DNA of 64,000 nt from the human T2T-CHM13v2.0 reference genome, Homo sapiens, in NCBI RefSeq assembly GCF_009914755.1, contig NC_060937.1; one strand, 5' to 3'. The stretch's first letter is position 1. Every line of letters begins with the position of its first letter. A program made the position numbers and the translations under genes. Of the stretch, positions 38,076 through 51,657 are shown piece after piece. The notes beneath the pieces are model-generated. The model ran no database searches, was not told the DNA's origin, and was given only the letters and a program-made list of their open reading frames with translations.

Positions 38076-40992
38076 CTTTTATTCACCAGAGTAATTGATA
38101 TTGAGAGGCAAGTATGAATCAGAAACATTTCTTAGTTTAATTTTTTTACTAACTCAAGTGTTTAAGCTTAAATGTAATAGTTATTTTTTAAAGTACATTG
38201 CTTCTTATGTTGGCAATAATCTAAAATTGAAGTCATACTATTGTTTATTTAATCATCTTTAAAACATAAATAAGATTTTACTATTAAAACATACTAAATA
38301 TATGTTGTTTGAAGTAGAGAAAATAAATCATTGGTTAACAAAAATAAATTATTTTTTAGGTTAAAAAAACAGAACATATGTATCTCACATGTGAGCTAAG
38401 ATAACTTTCATTTTGATTCTGATTCTAATAGCTAAATCTGTGAGTGGCTGGAGTTTGATAACATGCATTTCCAGAGTTTATAATTCCCTGAAAAAGTGTT
38501 TTAAAATTGTTTCATATAAAACTGAAAAATAGTGTGTGCAGTAAAAATAGGCAGTAAATGTTCTCCCTGTAATAGGAAGGGTAACAACATGCATGCATGC
38601 AGTGAATCTTTAAAGTCCCATTCTAAAATTAAACTACACCATGTTACTTCTCAAATCATAAAAATGATCACACACTGATTTTAATATCAAAGAATTAGGT
38701 ACCGAATATAATGGAAAAATTAAAAGTGTTATTAGTGAATTATAAATACATTAAAATGTACTTTATAACACTGCATTTAAAAGAGCAATAAAGTGCATTT
38801 TAAATTCAAGTGAGTAACTGAAAAAAATTCCAAGAGAAACAACAGCATTATAGCGGAAAATATGTTCTTGTCTTAGATATTTATTTATATTAGCTTGTTA
38901 TAGAATTTAGTATGACAGAATAAATATTCCATAATATCTAAAGATGAGAACATTTTTGAGGTATAATTACATAAACTGTATATTAATGCATTTAAAATTA
39001 AAGACACAATGCTATAATCTTTCTACATTATAAGTAATGTCAGCCATATTCTATTATATTCTTGGATTTCCTTTAAGAAAGCAATAATAAAATATGTTGG
39101 CTTTAATCTGAAAAAACAACTAGAGACTAATCCAGCTTATATTTTAAATGTGTTGCTATATGTTGTTGTCAAAATGTATAATAATGTTTCCCTAATAATA
39201 AACCTTATTAACCTTTTTTTAGTACAGTTGAAATGGACGATAAACTTTGTTTTAAATCATTCTCCTGAAACTGCACCTGTGAGATGCTATATAAACAGAT
39301 GTACCAGAAACTTAATAGAAGCATAGTAGTAATGGATGATATTATTTCACAAGAACAGAAAAATATTAATGTTATACAATTTGAAGCCTGACTACCGCAT
39401 ATCATATAGATATATATGTGTGTGTGTGTCCAGATTTATATCCTGAGCACTTCAAACTTATCCTTGTACTTTCAAATAGCATTTATTTTAGTCTTCTTAC
39501 TTATGTTTTATGCACAGTTCACAGCATAGTCAATCCTCTATCTATGATTTTGACCATTGAGTGAAATGTTCAAAGCTGTTTCCTTAAGAAAGCTAGTTTT
39601 TTAAGTAGATGTAGAAGTCACATACTTAAGATTTTTGAGTTATTGTATTTACTGAATTATGAATAAGGAGATGTTTGGGGGCCATTTTTATAAAACTGTA
39701 TTGATGTTTTAAACTCAAATATTTTGCATACAGTTACATAGAATTAGAAGATCCAAGCAGAGGTGAAATAAAATATGTATGTGCTTTTGAAGCTAGCGAT
39801 GATGTCTTACAATATAGTTATCTTCTGCTTCGTGAGTAGTTTTAATATTATTTTGAAATGTCACTTTAAATGAAGCATTTTTTAAATTAACTCAGAAACA
39901 AATGTTTTAGAAAAATCACCAGTGGTCACACAATCATGCCAGCAATCATAGACATATTAATATTCCTAATAAGGCAGAGGTATTTGTATCTATTTCTTTC
40001 TGTGTTATCATTTGCTGATGATTAGAATAAAGATTGTTTAATGTTGGTAATTTTAATAATGAAGAAGTTGCTTCTGAGGGTATATTTTCTCTATAGTTTG
40101 TAGTGTAAAACATATTTATAAAGTGACTTGCCAAAATGAAACCCTTTATCTGTCTGTATTTCCACCTTTGTGTAAATTTAGTTTTACCTTGTGTTATAAA
40201 ATGTGCCTTTTTAAAATAATTAATGATTTACATTAAGTCTATGCCACTCAGAATTGTAAGATTCAAGGCATTGGAGCCAATACTGTGAATTCTCAATGCC
40301 TAGTATACTATGTCAGATATATCTTAACTTATAAATTCATGTTTCATATCTGAGTAAGTAAATGTATGAATAGATTTTTCCTGGTAATTTTTGTATCTAC
40401 CAAAATCTTTTATAAATCTCTGAATTGCTGCACAAAAATCCTTTTTTATATTTTCTACTATGTATTAAAATTTGGAAGATTTTCTCTCCAGATTGACACT
40501 CACTCCTTATGTCTTCTCCTGTTGAGATACTCCAGTATTTTGTCATCTGATTTAGTTTAGTCTGAAATAACACATAATTAGGTACAGTCCAAAAGTTCCC
40601 TGAAATTCAGAAAGATTATTGCCTCGTCTAACTCACATCCCATATGTAGCAGAGCCAAGGTTAGAATCCAGGACTGATGTATTTCAGACATTTGTTCTAT
40701 ACTTTCAAATGTTGTTTTCCTGCAGAAACTAAATTAGAATTTAGTGGCACCTTGTCACCTGACATTGTCATGAGAACATGATGCCTGACTTCCTCCACTG
40801 GGCTGGGCCAGGGTCCTCCTCAAGAAACACCTGAGCCCAGAGCTGTAGTGACCCAATTTTATGACTAGTTCACTCCTGTCCCAAAAGTCTCATGAAGACA
40901 ATGGTTAATGGCAACTAATAGAACATGTTTGTGTGTGAGTGTGGGAGGGCTATCACAATGGCCTGCACAGCTAATTAAGCATGGAGGTGTCA

Positions 40993-41291
40993 GCCATGTA
41001 TAGTGACTCACACCTGTCATCCCAGCACTTTGGGAGGCTGAGGTGGGAGGATCACTTGAGCCAGGAGTTTAAGACCAGCCTGGGCAAGATGGTGAGACTC
41101 TGTCTCTACAAAAGTGTTTAAAAATTAGCCGAGTTTGGTAGCATGTGCCTTAGTCCCAGCTACTGAGGAGGCTGAGGCAGGAGGAGTTCTTGAGTCCAAG
41201 AGTTCAATTCTGCAGTGAGCTATAATCACGCCATTGCTCTTCAGCCTAGGCTACAGAGTGAGACCCTGTCTCAAAAAAAAAAAAAAAAAAA
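40993..41291 (+). mobile_element. AluJ SINE
   Basis: 'gggaggatcacttgagccaggagtt'; TSD gaggtgtca at 40984-40992 and 41292-41300. Confidence 0.92.
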
Positions 41292-41459
41292 GAGGTGTCA
41301 ACTTCACTTTTCAAGTTTTTCTTTCTCTGTTTATTCCATCTTTTCTCCCTTCCTCCCTACTTCGGGTGTAGCCCTACCTCCTAGCATCATCTCTTCTGTA
41401 CTTGCATTATCATTTAAATGTACGACAGGTAAAATGTGCAACCCACACTGGGAAATACC

Positions 41460-41650
41460 GATATAGCAGATAAATTGCCTGGATTTAAATTTGGTCTTCC
41501 CCACTTTATGATGGTGATCTTAAATTCCCAATCCCCTTTTTCAAATGTAAGTAAAATGATACTTTCATATAAGTTGTGAGATTCAGTGAAGTTATGTATG
41601 CAGGGCATTTGGGGCTGCTCTGGATTCCGTAAGTGTTTGTTATAATAATA
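41460..41650 (+). mobile_element. MIR relic
   Basis: 'tgcctggatttaaatttggtc...gttgtgagattcagtgaagttatgtatg'. Confidence 0.55.
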
Positions 41651-41654
41651 AATA

Positions 41655-42174
41655 CAACAGTCTCCCCTTATCCTCATGAGATACATTCCAAGACCTCCAG
41701 TGGATGCCTGAAACCACAATAGTACTAAGCCCTATATTTACTGTTTACACTATACATACCTATCTATGAGAAAGTTTAATTAAGCAAGTAAGAGATTGAC
41801 AACAATATCTAATAGAATAGAAGAATATAACAATACGCCAGCATCACTACTCTTGCACTTTGGGGCCACTATTAAGTAAAATAAGGGCTACTTGAAGAAA
41901 ATCATTGCAATACCAGGAATACCAATCTGACAACCGAGACCACTCCTTAGTGACTAACTGATAGGCACCATAAACAGCATGGACAGATTGGACAAAGGGA
42001 TGATCCACGTCCTGGGGGGGACAGAGCAGGACAGAAAGGGATTTTATCACACTACTTAAAATGGCATATGGTTCAAAACTCATTGTTTATTTATGGAATT
42101 TGTCATTTAGTATCTTTGGACTGTGGTTGACTGCAACTGTGGAAAGTGAAACTGTGGATGAGAAGGAACTGCTG
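41655..42174 (-). mobile_element. MER44-like TcMar-Tigger DNA transposon
   Basis: Terminal inverted repeats caacagtctccccttatcc and ggatgagaaggaactgctg, flanked by TA on both sides. Confidence 0.8.
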
Positions 42175-42413
42175 TATTTTTGTGACTGCTGGTATGTCTA
42201 AAAATGTCTACACCTATCTACACCAATATATGTTAGAATGCATTTTCTGCTTCAGAAACCTTTTTAAATCTCTGGTCTGATTTATTGAAAGTTAAAGAAT
42301 TATAGGTACCATCACAAGGTGAGGCAGTATCATATGTTTATTCAACATATTTGCTGCCTCCGCAACCATTTTAGGCCTCACATAAGTTATTTGGAAGCCA
42401 AGCACACCTTTGA

Positions 42414-42778
42414 AATGCTGTGCAATCATAAAAAGAATGAGATCATGTCCTTTGCAGGAGCATGGATGGAGCTGGGGGCCATTTTCCTTAGCAAACCAAC
42501 ACAGGAACAGAAAACCAAATACCACACGTTCTCACTTATAAGGGGGAGCTGAATGATGAGAACACATGGACGCATATAGTGTAACAACAGACACTGGGGC
42601 CTATCACGGGGGAGGGTGGGCGGAGAGAGATGATCAGGAAAAATAACTAATGGTTACTAGGCTTAATAACTGAGTGACAAAATAACCTGTACAAAAACAA
42701 ACAAACAAACAAAAACACAAGTTTACCTATGCAACAAAACTGTATCCCTGAAGTTAAAATAAAAGTTCATTAAAAAAA
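42414..42778 (+). mobile_element. Short older L1PA 3' end
   Basis: 'aaaagaatgagatcatgtcctttgcagg...aaaccaaataccacacgttctcacttataag' through the A-rich tail. Confidence 0.88.
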
Positions 42779-42779
42779 C

Positions 42780-43260
42780 ACCCCTACCTGTGTAGTTGTG
42801 TATGATATAGCTTGCTTGTTCCTCATCTCAGTGACCCAAAATTCAACACACACACAGCTGCTACGGAAAACCTAATGGTTAATACCAGAATCATGTAAAT
42901 AAGTTTTTCCCTTTGTGTGTGTGTGTGTGTATTTTAAACTAGTGAATCTACAACTCCCACGGAAAAGTGTAAGGCGTAACAACCATGAACCTTAAAAAAG
43001 GGATAGTCCTACAGATCCTCACCTCTCTCCTCTCTCCCCACCCACTGGTATATCTCCCTGCCACCTCTAGAATTCCTGTCAGCCCTCATTAGCACCCAAA
43101 GTCTCTCTGGGATATGTAAGTAAAAAATATCTTCCATCTCATGCATTTTGGTTTCACTTCCTCATTGTGTCTCTCTTGACAAATGCACTTTTGTCCCACT
43201 CAGAGCTCTCTTAGGGAGTAGCTATTTTGGCTTAGATCTCTAAGACCATATTAGAACAAA
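42780..43260 (+). mobile_element. Probable ERV-class LTR relic, family uncertain
   Basis: LTR-like composition and motifs ('gttcctcatctcagtgacccaaaa', 'ttttggtttcacttcctcattgtgtctc'). Confidence 0.45.
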
Positions 43261-44489
43261 AAAAAAACACAATAAAATTATAATAGTCAGTTATAGATGT
43301 ATTTGTGGATATCTATTTTGCATTTGGTTCTGGAAAGTAACTTTCAGAGTCAGAAATCCCGCTTAGAAAATGAATAAGGAACAAGAGAGGAGCTAGCTTT
43401 TCTGCACCCTTGTTCGTTTCAAATCATAAAATCATCGTCGTCTCACTTTCAACCTTCTGTTTCCCTTCCCTTATTACCTTCCTTTGGCATTTGCCTGCAA
43501 CTAATTTAAAAGTTGTATCCACTATTTTTACATTTTTAATTGTTACTCTAGATAGTTTACAAGCGTATTTAAAGTAACAAACTCTGTTATTAAACACCAT
43601 TTTTAAGAAGCCTAGAAGATTTCAACTTCTTTTAAATATTTTCCCCCAATTCAATGCCATTGCTTTTTAGTTTAACTGTTCTATCCCCAAAATATCAAGT
43701 TAGATGTTATTATTTTTTCATTTTTTACAGTATTATATATTCGTTTCTTTTCCCATCATGCTTTCTTTTTGTCAGAACTATTCCCTAGAATTTTTTTCTT
43801 TTGTTCATATGACTTGGAAGTTCCTATAGTGAGGATTTATTGGTAATAAAGAAGAATTTTTCCTCAAAATATATTTAATTTCTCTTTTACAAGCAACATA
43901 AATTTTCAGTTAATGTATAGTTATAGGTCAGCATTTATTTTTACTCTGAACTTTTTCTCACCCCTCTTATCTGTTTTCTGTTCTTGATGGTGGGACATTA
44001 GCTTTCAGTCTCATTTTTGTGTTCATAGGTGGTCTTTTCTTTCTGGTATTTTTCAATAAATTGTGAGTTCATATTCCTTAGAAATTTTATCTGGAGAAAT
44101 TAATAGAGTCTTGGGTCAAAGTTGTGTAGTAACAGGGAGAAAGATATTCCATTTTTTTTCTGCAAGGCAATTGGTTGTTCTAAAATAATGAACATAATTT
44201 AAAATTTAAATTATACATCCAGGGAAGATTTTTGCCTTTTTATCAAGAGTAAGTGCTGAGATTACAAATTTCCATATTTCCCTTTTTAAGAGTAGCCTCT
44301 TTCAAGTTTACACATTGTAGACATGCCCAAAATGTATGCAGGGCCTCTTAACTAATTCTTCGTATTACTTGGTCCTATTTCTTTTTCTGTTTCGTTTTTG
44401 TTTTTTCCTCTATTACCTATTGGTTAATACTTTAGCTCTGGCATACTACAGATTAGCATGTTCTCCTGGGGGAACTACATTAAAAAAAC

Positions 44490-44965
44490 CCAATGACTTT
44501 TGTTAAAGCACAGGAAGGCAGACTATTTTCCAGGACCACTACAATGGTTACAGGGACCTCTGCAATGGGATTTTGCAGTGGGAGAATATTTTGGGCTCAA
44601 ATTCAAATACAGCAAGAACAAGTGGGAATTGATTGATAGCCGCCTAGCAAGATTGGGTGGGGGAGTCAATAGATAAAAAAATTATTAAAAGGAAACATTA
44701 GGGGTAAGAAGGATTCTGGCTAAACTGACCTACAGGATTCTTGTTGAAGGCAGGTTCGGGTGATCAGGCATCATTCGGGTTATGCTGCAGGCTGAGGAAC
44801 ATGTCAGTTATCCAAGGTGATCAGACAGAGAGAGTGGGAGTGTTCTTGCAAAGGTAACCTTGCAGAGTTTTTACAAAACCTGGATTTTACAAGGAAGTGC
44901 AAAGATGGGCCTAGGAGAAGATTCAAGGGCCTGACTAAAATTTAGTCAAGCAAAAATTATTGTCA
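44490..44965 (-). mobile_element. ERV1 LTR relic (MER31/MER67-like)
   Basis: 'gggctcaaattcaaatacagcaagaacaagtggga...ggattctggctaaactgacc', ending 'tgtca'. Confidence 0.6.
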
Positions 44966-45703
44966 GACACTATCACCTACATCTGCTTACTTTATGAATT
45001 TGGCTTCATTATGATTTTTGACATCTAAAAATTTGTTCTTAATATCTAAAGAGTTAAGTTACACACTATGCATACACAATGGATTCTGTTTTATATATTT
45101 TATATTGTGACATAATTTTCTCGTATTTTATTATTTTAGGCTTTCAGCATAATAGAATTTCAAAGTATTTAGACTACTGTCCTGTTCTAATATCTAGCAA
45201 TTATTTAGTATAACTTTTGACTATACTTCTTCAGTATATTCTGTGTTATGTCATAATTCTTGGCAATTCAAATAACAAATAATTGTTTATATGTTTATCC
45301 TGGAAAATGATTACACTTTCCTTTAAAAGAGGTAATATGATATATTCATATTTTTCCCCCAAAGTGAGAAAGGGAAATTTAATGTTTGACTTAACAAATT
45401 ATGATTGAGTTAGTAAATTAATATACATAAAAGATGATTTGTAATGATAACGACTCACTAAAGTCTCTGTATGTCCACCTTTATAAAATATATGTTTTAT
45501 AATCCATAGTTTTACTTTGTAGTTAGTGGTTTCTTAGTATATATTTGTTAAATTGAATCATGGCAAAAAAAATTCAAATGAAGACTACAGATGACTCTTG
45601 TAAAGAATCATGTCAATTTTACTAACGCATTCTACAATGACATTTCATAAAAATAAGCAACATAAAAATGTTAATTATATTGTTAAAGTATGTCCCCAGA
45701 TGT

Positions 45704-46160
45704 TGTGAAAGTATCACAGGACCTCCCTTTCTACCCCAAATCAGATCCTTTCTACACCAAATCAGATTCTGTTGTCAGTGCCAAAATAGACGGCACAGGA
45801 AATCTACCACACCACAGACCATCTGCAAGAAACATCTGACAGAGACTTCTGGTTTTGGGCTTGAACACCAACCAATCAGACTTCACCTGCCCCAGCCAGT
45901 CAGGTTTCAACTTTATTAACCAATCAGAATTCAGCTACACCTACCCCTCTGAACTAAGCTAGTTTTAATCCTTTATTTCCCAAAACTGATCAGATTGAGA
46001 ACCTGAGCAGAAACTTTTTATATAAAACCTGAACCCTTCCTTTCTTCTCTGGAATGCACCTTCATTTTACACAGAAGGCTATGTCTCCCAGTTTGCAAAC
46101 TGTTCACTGGAATAAAGTCTCTTTCCTCCAAATTCCTTTTCAGAGAACCGTTGTTTCACA
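45704..46160 (+). mobile_element. Intact-ended ERV solo LTR
   Basis: Terminal inverted repeat tgtgaaa/tttcaca; repeated CCAAT-type boxes, TATA-like element near 46020, AATAAA at 46111. Confidence 0.75.
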
Positions 46161-49100
46161 ATATATTGACTTTTACCTCATTGAAATACATATGAGTAGA
46201 TCTGAAATAAAAGATACTAATTAAATTGTACGACAGGATCTCATGAAGATAAAGAGAAAACCTACAGAGATAATGCTGGATGGGAAATTATTAGCCAGGA
46301 ATAAGAATTTGAGTGATTGAATAAATATAGCTTTAAAAGTTAATGTTTGTTATTCAATTTGGCATCTGTGACATAAAGGGAATAAAAGTTTTTCCCATAC
46401 CACTGTATCTCTGAAGTATGTAGTTCAAATAGCAGTGACATCTATCTACCTAGAGAAACAGGCATGAACACCTCTGTCCATAACTTCTTTCCATTCTACA
46501 AATTGAGATTGCGTATGAGTATCCTCACAAGATTCACAATTAGAATTACCTTTAGCAACAGGAAAAAGAAAAAAAAAAAGGATAAATGGTTTTAACAGAA
46601 AGGTTTCTGTTAGTTTTCCATATCAAAGACAAGGTGATCAGGAGATTAGAGGGAACTCAATACCCATGATACATGCCTCAGAGGACTGAAGTTAAATGTA
46701 GTCTAACAGTGTACTGCTTGTGTTTGCATAATGGCTCTCTATTTCCATCGGTGCCAGAAGACATTCTTTTATATTCTGAGAATATGGATCTAGCCGTTAT
46801 TCCCTACAAAGCCAAACTCTGACGAAAGTAACCTAGATCAAAATCAGCCTCTAGGGGTAAAATGTGGTATAACATAAATCTATGACATTTACACATTTTT
46901 TGCGTTGTGTGAGTAAAAACATCTCTTCAAAAGCAGTATAAGATAACCACGTTTAGAGATTAAATCAACTATATTTATACACATTTATCTTAGAGTCACA
47001 CTTCCAGCAAATGTTACTTTCTGGAACACAAGCTCAAAAATAGTTTTTGGCCTATATTAACTATCACAAGGCTACGCATTTTAAAACTTAGAATTAATTC
47101 ACACATTGATTACTTTTTGAAAATCTAATACCTTCATTGTCTGTTTATATCCATTAAGTCAAATTCTTATTATACTGATTTATCTTTAATTCTAGGTCAT
47201 GACATGAGAAGCAGCAAAAGAAATGAGGAACGTAGTAGCGGAACCACTGACACTAGAAAAGACAGTTGAAATCAGAAAATAAAATACAGCCATAAATAAA
47301 GCTTTATAAAAAAAGCCATAAAACAATTATGAAACAAAATAAATATATTTGAAGATTGTAGAAATCACATTGGATTTGTTTTGTTTTTTGTATTATCACT
47401 TAACAAGAAAGAAAATACTCGCTTACATTTTATGTAATATATTACATATGTATATATTTAACATAAGTATGTGTATATTTATATGACATATATTTGCATG
47501 TATGTACATACTACTCTATTTAAAAAAGAAATAATGTCAAAATACGGAGCTACTTAATGCTGAATTATTTATCAATGCCAAATTCTTTCTAAAATCTCTC
47601 TTTAACTGGCACTATAGAATGAGCTATTATTATAAAAATATAAAAAAGTAAAGTCAAGTATAAATATGACATGTATGTAAAATATTTGGTATTTGTTTAA
47701 AATATTTGGTATTTGTTTAACTACCTCATATAATTTTCTGTGGTATTCTGTTAGATTCAGATGCAGTACGGTATGTAAATTTACTTTAGATTGAAACCCA
47801 AAGCTTTTATTTATGGGTAGGTAAATGGTTTTGGCTTCTTGTTTTTAAATATCAAACATTAATATAATTATTGACATTTATATCTAAATGACATCTATAT
47901 CTGAAACATGAAAGTAACTGTATACAAGGAATTATATAAAAAGGACATTGATAACCAGCTTTTCTAATCTTTTAAGGACCATAATAAGACCAGTGCTTTG
48001 CCATTTTACTAAATACATATTCATGCTATTGTCAAGAGGACAAATTATTTATATGTTTTAAAAAACTCTTTCACACTGAGGAAAGAGTAGTTTAAACTGC
48101 TGAATACATTTATGATAGTTAAACTTCATGATGTGAATTAAATAATGGTTTTAGCTAAGATAATTTTAGGAAAAGAAGCATACATAATATTATTTATGGA
48201 TATAAAATTTTCTGTTAATTATATACCCAGAGAAAAGATAATTTACTTTAAACTATTTTAATCTTTAATTTTAGATTTATTCATAATACACTTTCCCAGC
48301 TCTGAAATTGGAGGATTTTGTTTTCACTTAATGCATTATTATTAACTTCATTTCTCTAAGAATTAACAGTCAGATGGTTCTAATCAAACAAACTCTTTCC
48401 ATTAAGAAATGTAAACACATACCAGATTTTATCATTTGATTTGTGTTTGGGTTAGATCTAGCCATTCAAAACAACCAGTTTTCAACTCAGATTTTGGTCC
48501 TAGTGCTAAACCTCCTTTAAAAAATAATATTTTTCTCTAATTATAAAACTATACTTACATTATTTGAGTTAAAAAAAGAAAGCCACTACTTATAAATATG
48601 CAAATATAAAGAAAAACCAAAGCAAATACATGTGTTTTGCAATATTATTGGTCGTTAAAAATTTTTTCACGCTTTACAAATGAGACAAAACATAGCCAGC
48701 AAGTTCTTTCAGTATCAATGGGACATCACTGGCCCACAGAAGAATCATTAGACTCTAAGGGGCATGTAACTCTGACACACTATTTACAATTAAATAAATT
48801 CCACAGATTTTGACATTTACAGCTTTGGTAATTTACATATATCAGTGTCATTTAATCTTTGCAATAACCCTATACTCTATTTTTGCTACATATGCTACAC
48901 ATGCAAAGTCTTCTAAATATTACAGATATGTCGGTTAGGAGGACTGGCTCCATTTATATACGAGAAAATTGCAATTCAGAGTTTAAATAACTTAATTCAT
49001 ACAGCTAATAAATGATGAAGTTGGGAATCCTAACCTTCATCTATCTGTCTCCTGCGCTCATGCTTTTTCACACTTAACATTCACAAATTATCTCAAAGTA

Positions 49101-51194
49101 ATTCTTTTTTTGAATGATAAAGGTAAGATTTTATGGTCATAGAGTTCAATCACATATCCAGGACTTAAGTTGTCACAGATAGGTGCCATACACACTATAC
49201 ATTAGAGAGAAAACATTACATTTCAAAATAACCTTTGCTCTTTCAGGACACCTCTCCCTTTCCCCTACCCTCACCCTAGCCAACACTTAGAGAGATCTTT
49301 ATATCCAAATGATATGTATAATAAATTGAATTCCTTTTCAGGAATCTCATCTACCAATGTTTTAACCTTATGCCTCTCTTCATCACCCTGCCAAATCTTT
49401 TGTAATTATACTTCATGAAGTGTTTTAAGTCTTCTCTTAACTTTCCTGAGGCTCTCTCTTGAATATATTTTATCTAATCATATATTCTTACTCTAATGTT
49501 GAGGGCAAAAATATCATTTTCTATTTCATATTATCTCATAAGATGTTTTTCTCATTCTATTATTTCATTGTCCTTATTAGTATTTTCTCTACCTTCCATT
49601 TTAGCACCATCTGTGAGTTCTCTGACTTTGCATTTACTCTCTTTTAACAATAATTAGGATGGTAAATAAGATTAAGCTTCACTAATCTCTGTTTTGTCCC
49701 CTGTAGGTTATTTCCAGTTTTTGCACTGTCTTGTACTAATAACCCTGTTAACAGGTTCATAGAAAAATCGTAATAAGCGTTCTGAGCAAAATTCAACTGA
49801 ATTCACTAGTTTACTACTGGGCATGTTATGAATACACTCTGTAATTTAAAAGTTTATAACATTACTTTTTAAAACCTTAAATAATTGCATTTTCATTAGC
49901 TTTACATATTTTTCATTGTTTAGTCATTATCAATTTCAGGTAAAATTATTCATGCAGAATTATTCTAGTTATTCTTTAAAGACCTATTTTTTCTGAATTG
50001 ATATTATTTGTCTGAAAAAGCAAATTGTATTGTTAAACCATATATTAATATTTTAACCTATATCATCTTTACATTAAGTAAATCATTATTTGTTGTTGAT
50101 TAATGTGAAGGTAGGATGAAAATGACAGAGGCCACAAACATTCTCTGTAAGGTATAGAAGAGTTTAAAATTTAGTCCCAATACAGAAGTTCTTCTAAGTT
50201 TTCTATTTTTCCCTCTATAAGTGATAAAGCAATTTCCTCAGTCTCCCAAGGACTTGGCTTGACATTGGCAATATGGGTAGAATGAAAAAGCAGTTTGGAA
50301 CTTCAAAATAATCAGTTCTTCCAAATTAATCAGTTCTTCAGTTACTTCCAAATTAATCCAGTCTTTCAGATTTATTTTTACTTTTCCCACTGATCTTTAT
50401 ATTTTTCCAATATCGTTCAAGAGAAACTATGCATATGTGGTATGAGACAACTGGTCCCCTTTTCCCACTTTGGTTTTCACAGATTTCCACTGGGAGGGTC
50501 TCATATTCTGAGGTTTTTAGGTGTCAGACTCAATTTCCAATGTTTCCACTGTTATTTGATGTTTTGTTTTCTTTACTTACATGATACATAATGACTGCTC
50601 AGAGCTAATTTTCTTTTAAGCTTTCATGTCTTCTCTGCACACATCATTCTACTGAGAGACCTCCAGTTTTGATCAAGACAATCTTCCAATTGCAAAACCC
50701 CAAAGAGAATTTGCTAATTCTTACCTTGACCTTCAAAAATTTCAGTAGAATGACCACATATACAATATACATTTTAATTGTATTAAATAATAAATTTATA
50801 CAATATGAGTTTTAATTGTATTAAATTTATACAATATAAGTTTAATTTGAAATTTATTAAATAATATGATAAATATCTTAATTTAGTCATGCTACATATT
50901 GTGAATAATATGCTCTTCACATTTATTTTGGAAAACATTTTTATTATTCAAATAAAAAATAATATACAATTTTTGTCTAAAATAACACACCTGTTAAGCA
51001 AAGTAGCTTTCAATTTATTTGTTTTATCCTTACAAAATATCCAGATTTAATTATAAGGGGAATCACTAGAAAAAATGTGATGCTTAATTTTCCATAGAAA
51101 AAGCATAACTTCTCCTTCCATACTAAAAAACAATTGGCCTTTGGAATTCTATAAGTATGTTAACTTCTTAGTTTGCAAGTTAGATGTGAAGCTG

Positions 51195-51657
51195 TGTGAG
51201 AGGTTGGTTTTATGTGTTCATTTGGCCACCAGCAGCCTAGATATTTGGTTAAATATTATTTTTCGTGTGTCTATGAGGGTGTTCCTAGATGAGATAACAT
51301 TTGAATCATGGATTGAATAAGGCAGATAGTACTCCCAGTGTGAGTGAGCCTCATCCAGTACATTGAAGGCCTGAATAAAATGAAAGCCTGGGTTAAGAAA
51401 AAAAATTCTCTTCCCCTGCCTGACAATCCTTGAGTTGGGTTGCCTTCAGGGTTCAGAACTTATATCATTGGCTCTTTGGTTCTCAGGCCTTTGGACTAAA
51501 ACTGGAATTATACCATCAGCTCCAACAGGTCTCCAACTTGCTAAATGTGATTCTTGGGACCCTTAGCCTGTATAATTGTGTGAGCCAATACCTTACACTA
51601 ATCTTAACACATATATATATTATCACTTCTTTTTCTCTCAAGAATTAAGACTAAGAG
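51195..51657 (+). mobile_element. MLT2 (ERVL) solo LTR
   Basis: 'ggttttatgtgttcatttggcc...gatatttggttaaatattatt...gagggtgttcctagatgagat...tgtgtgagccaatacc'. Confidence 0.8.

Noticed and set aside
50760-50850. Degenerate AT-rich tandem repeat of about 30 bp as a CRISPR-like array
   Set aside because: Only about 3 imperfect units, no unique spacers, and a eukaryotic context.
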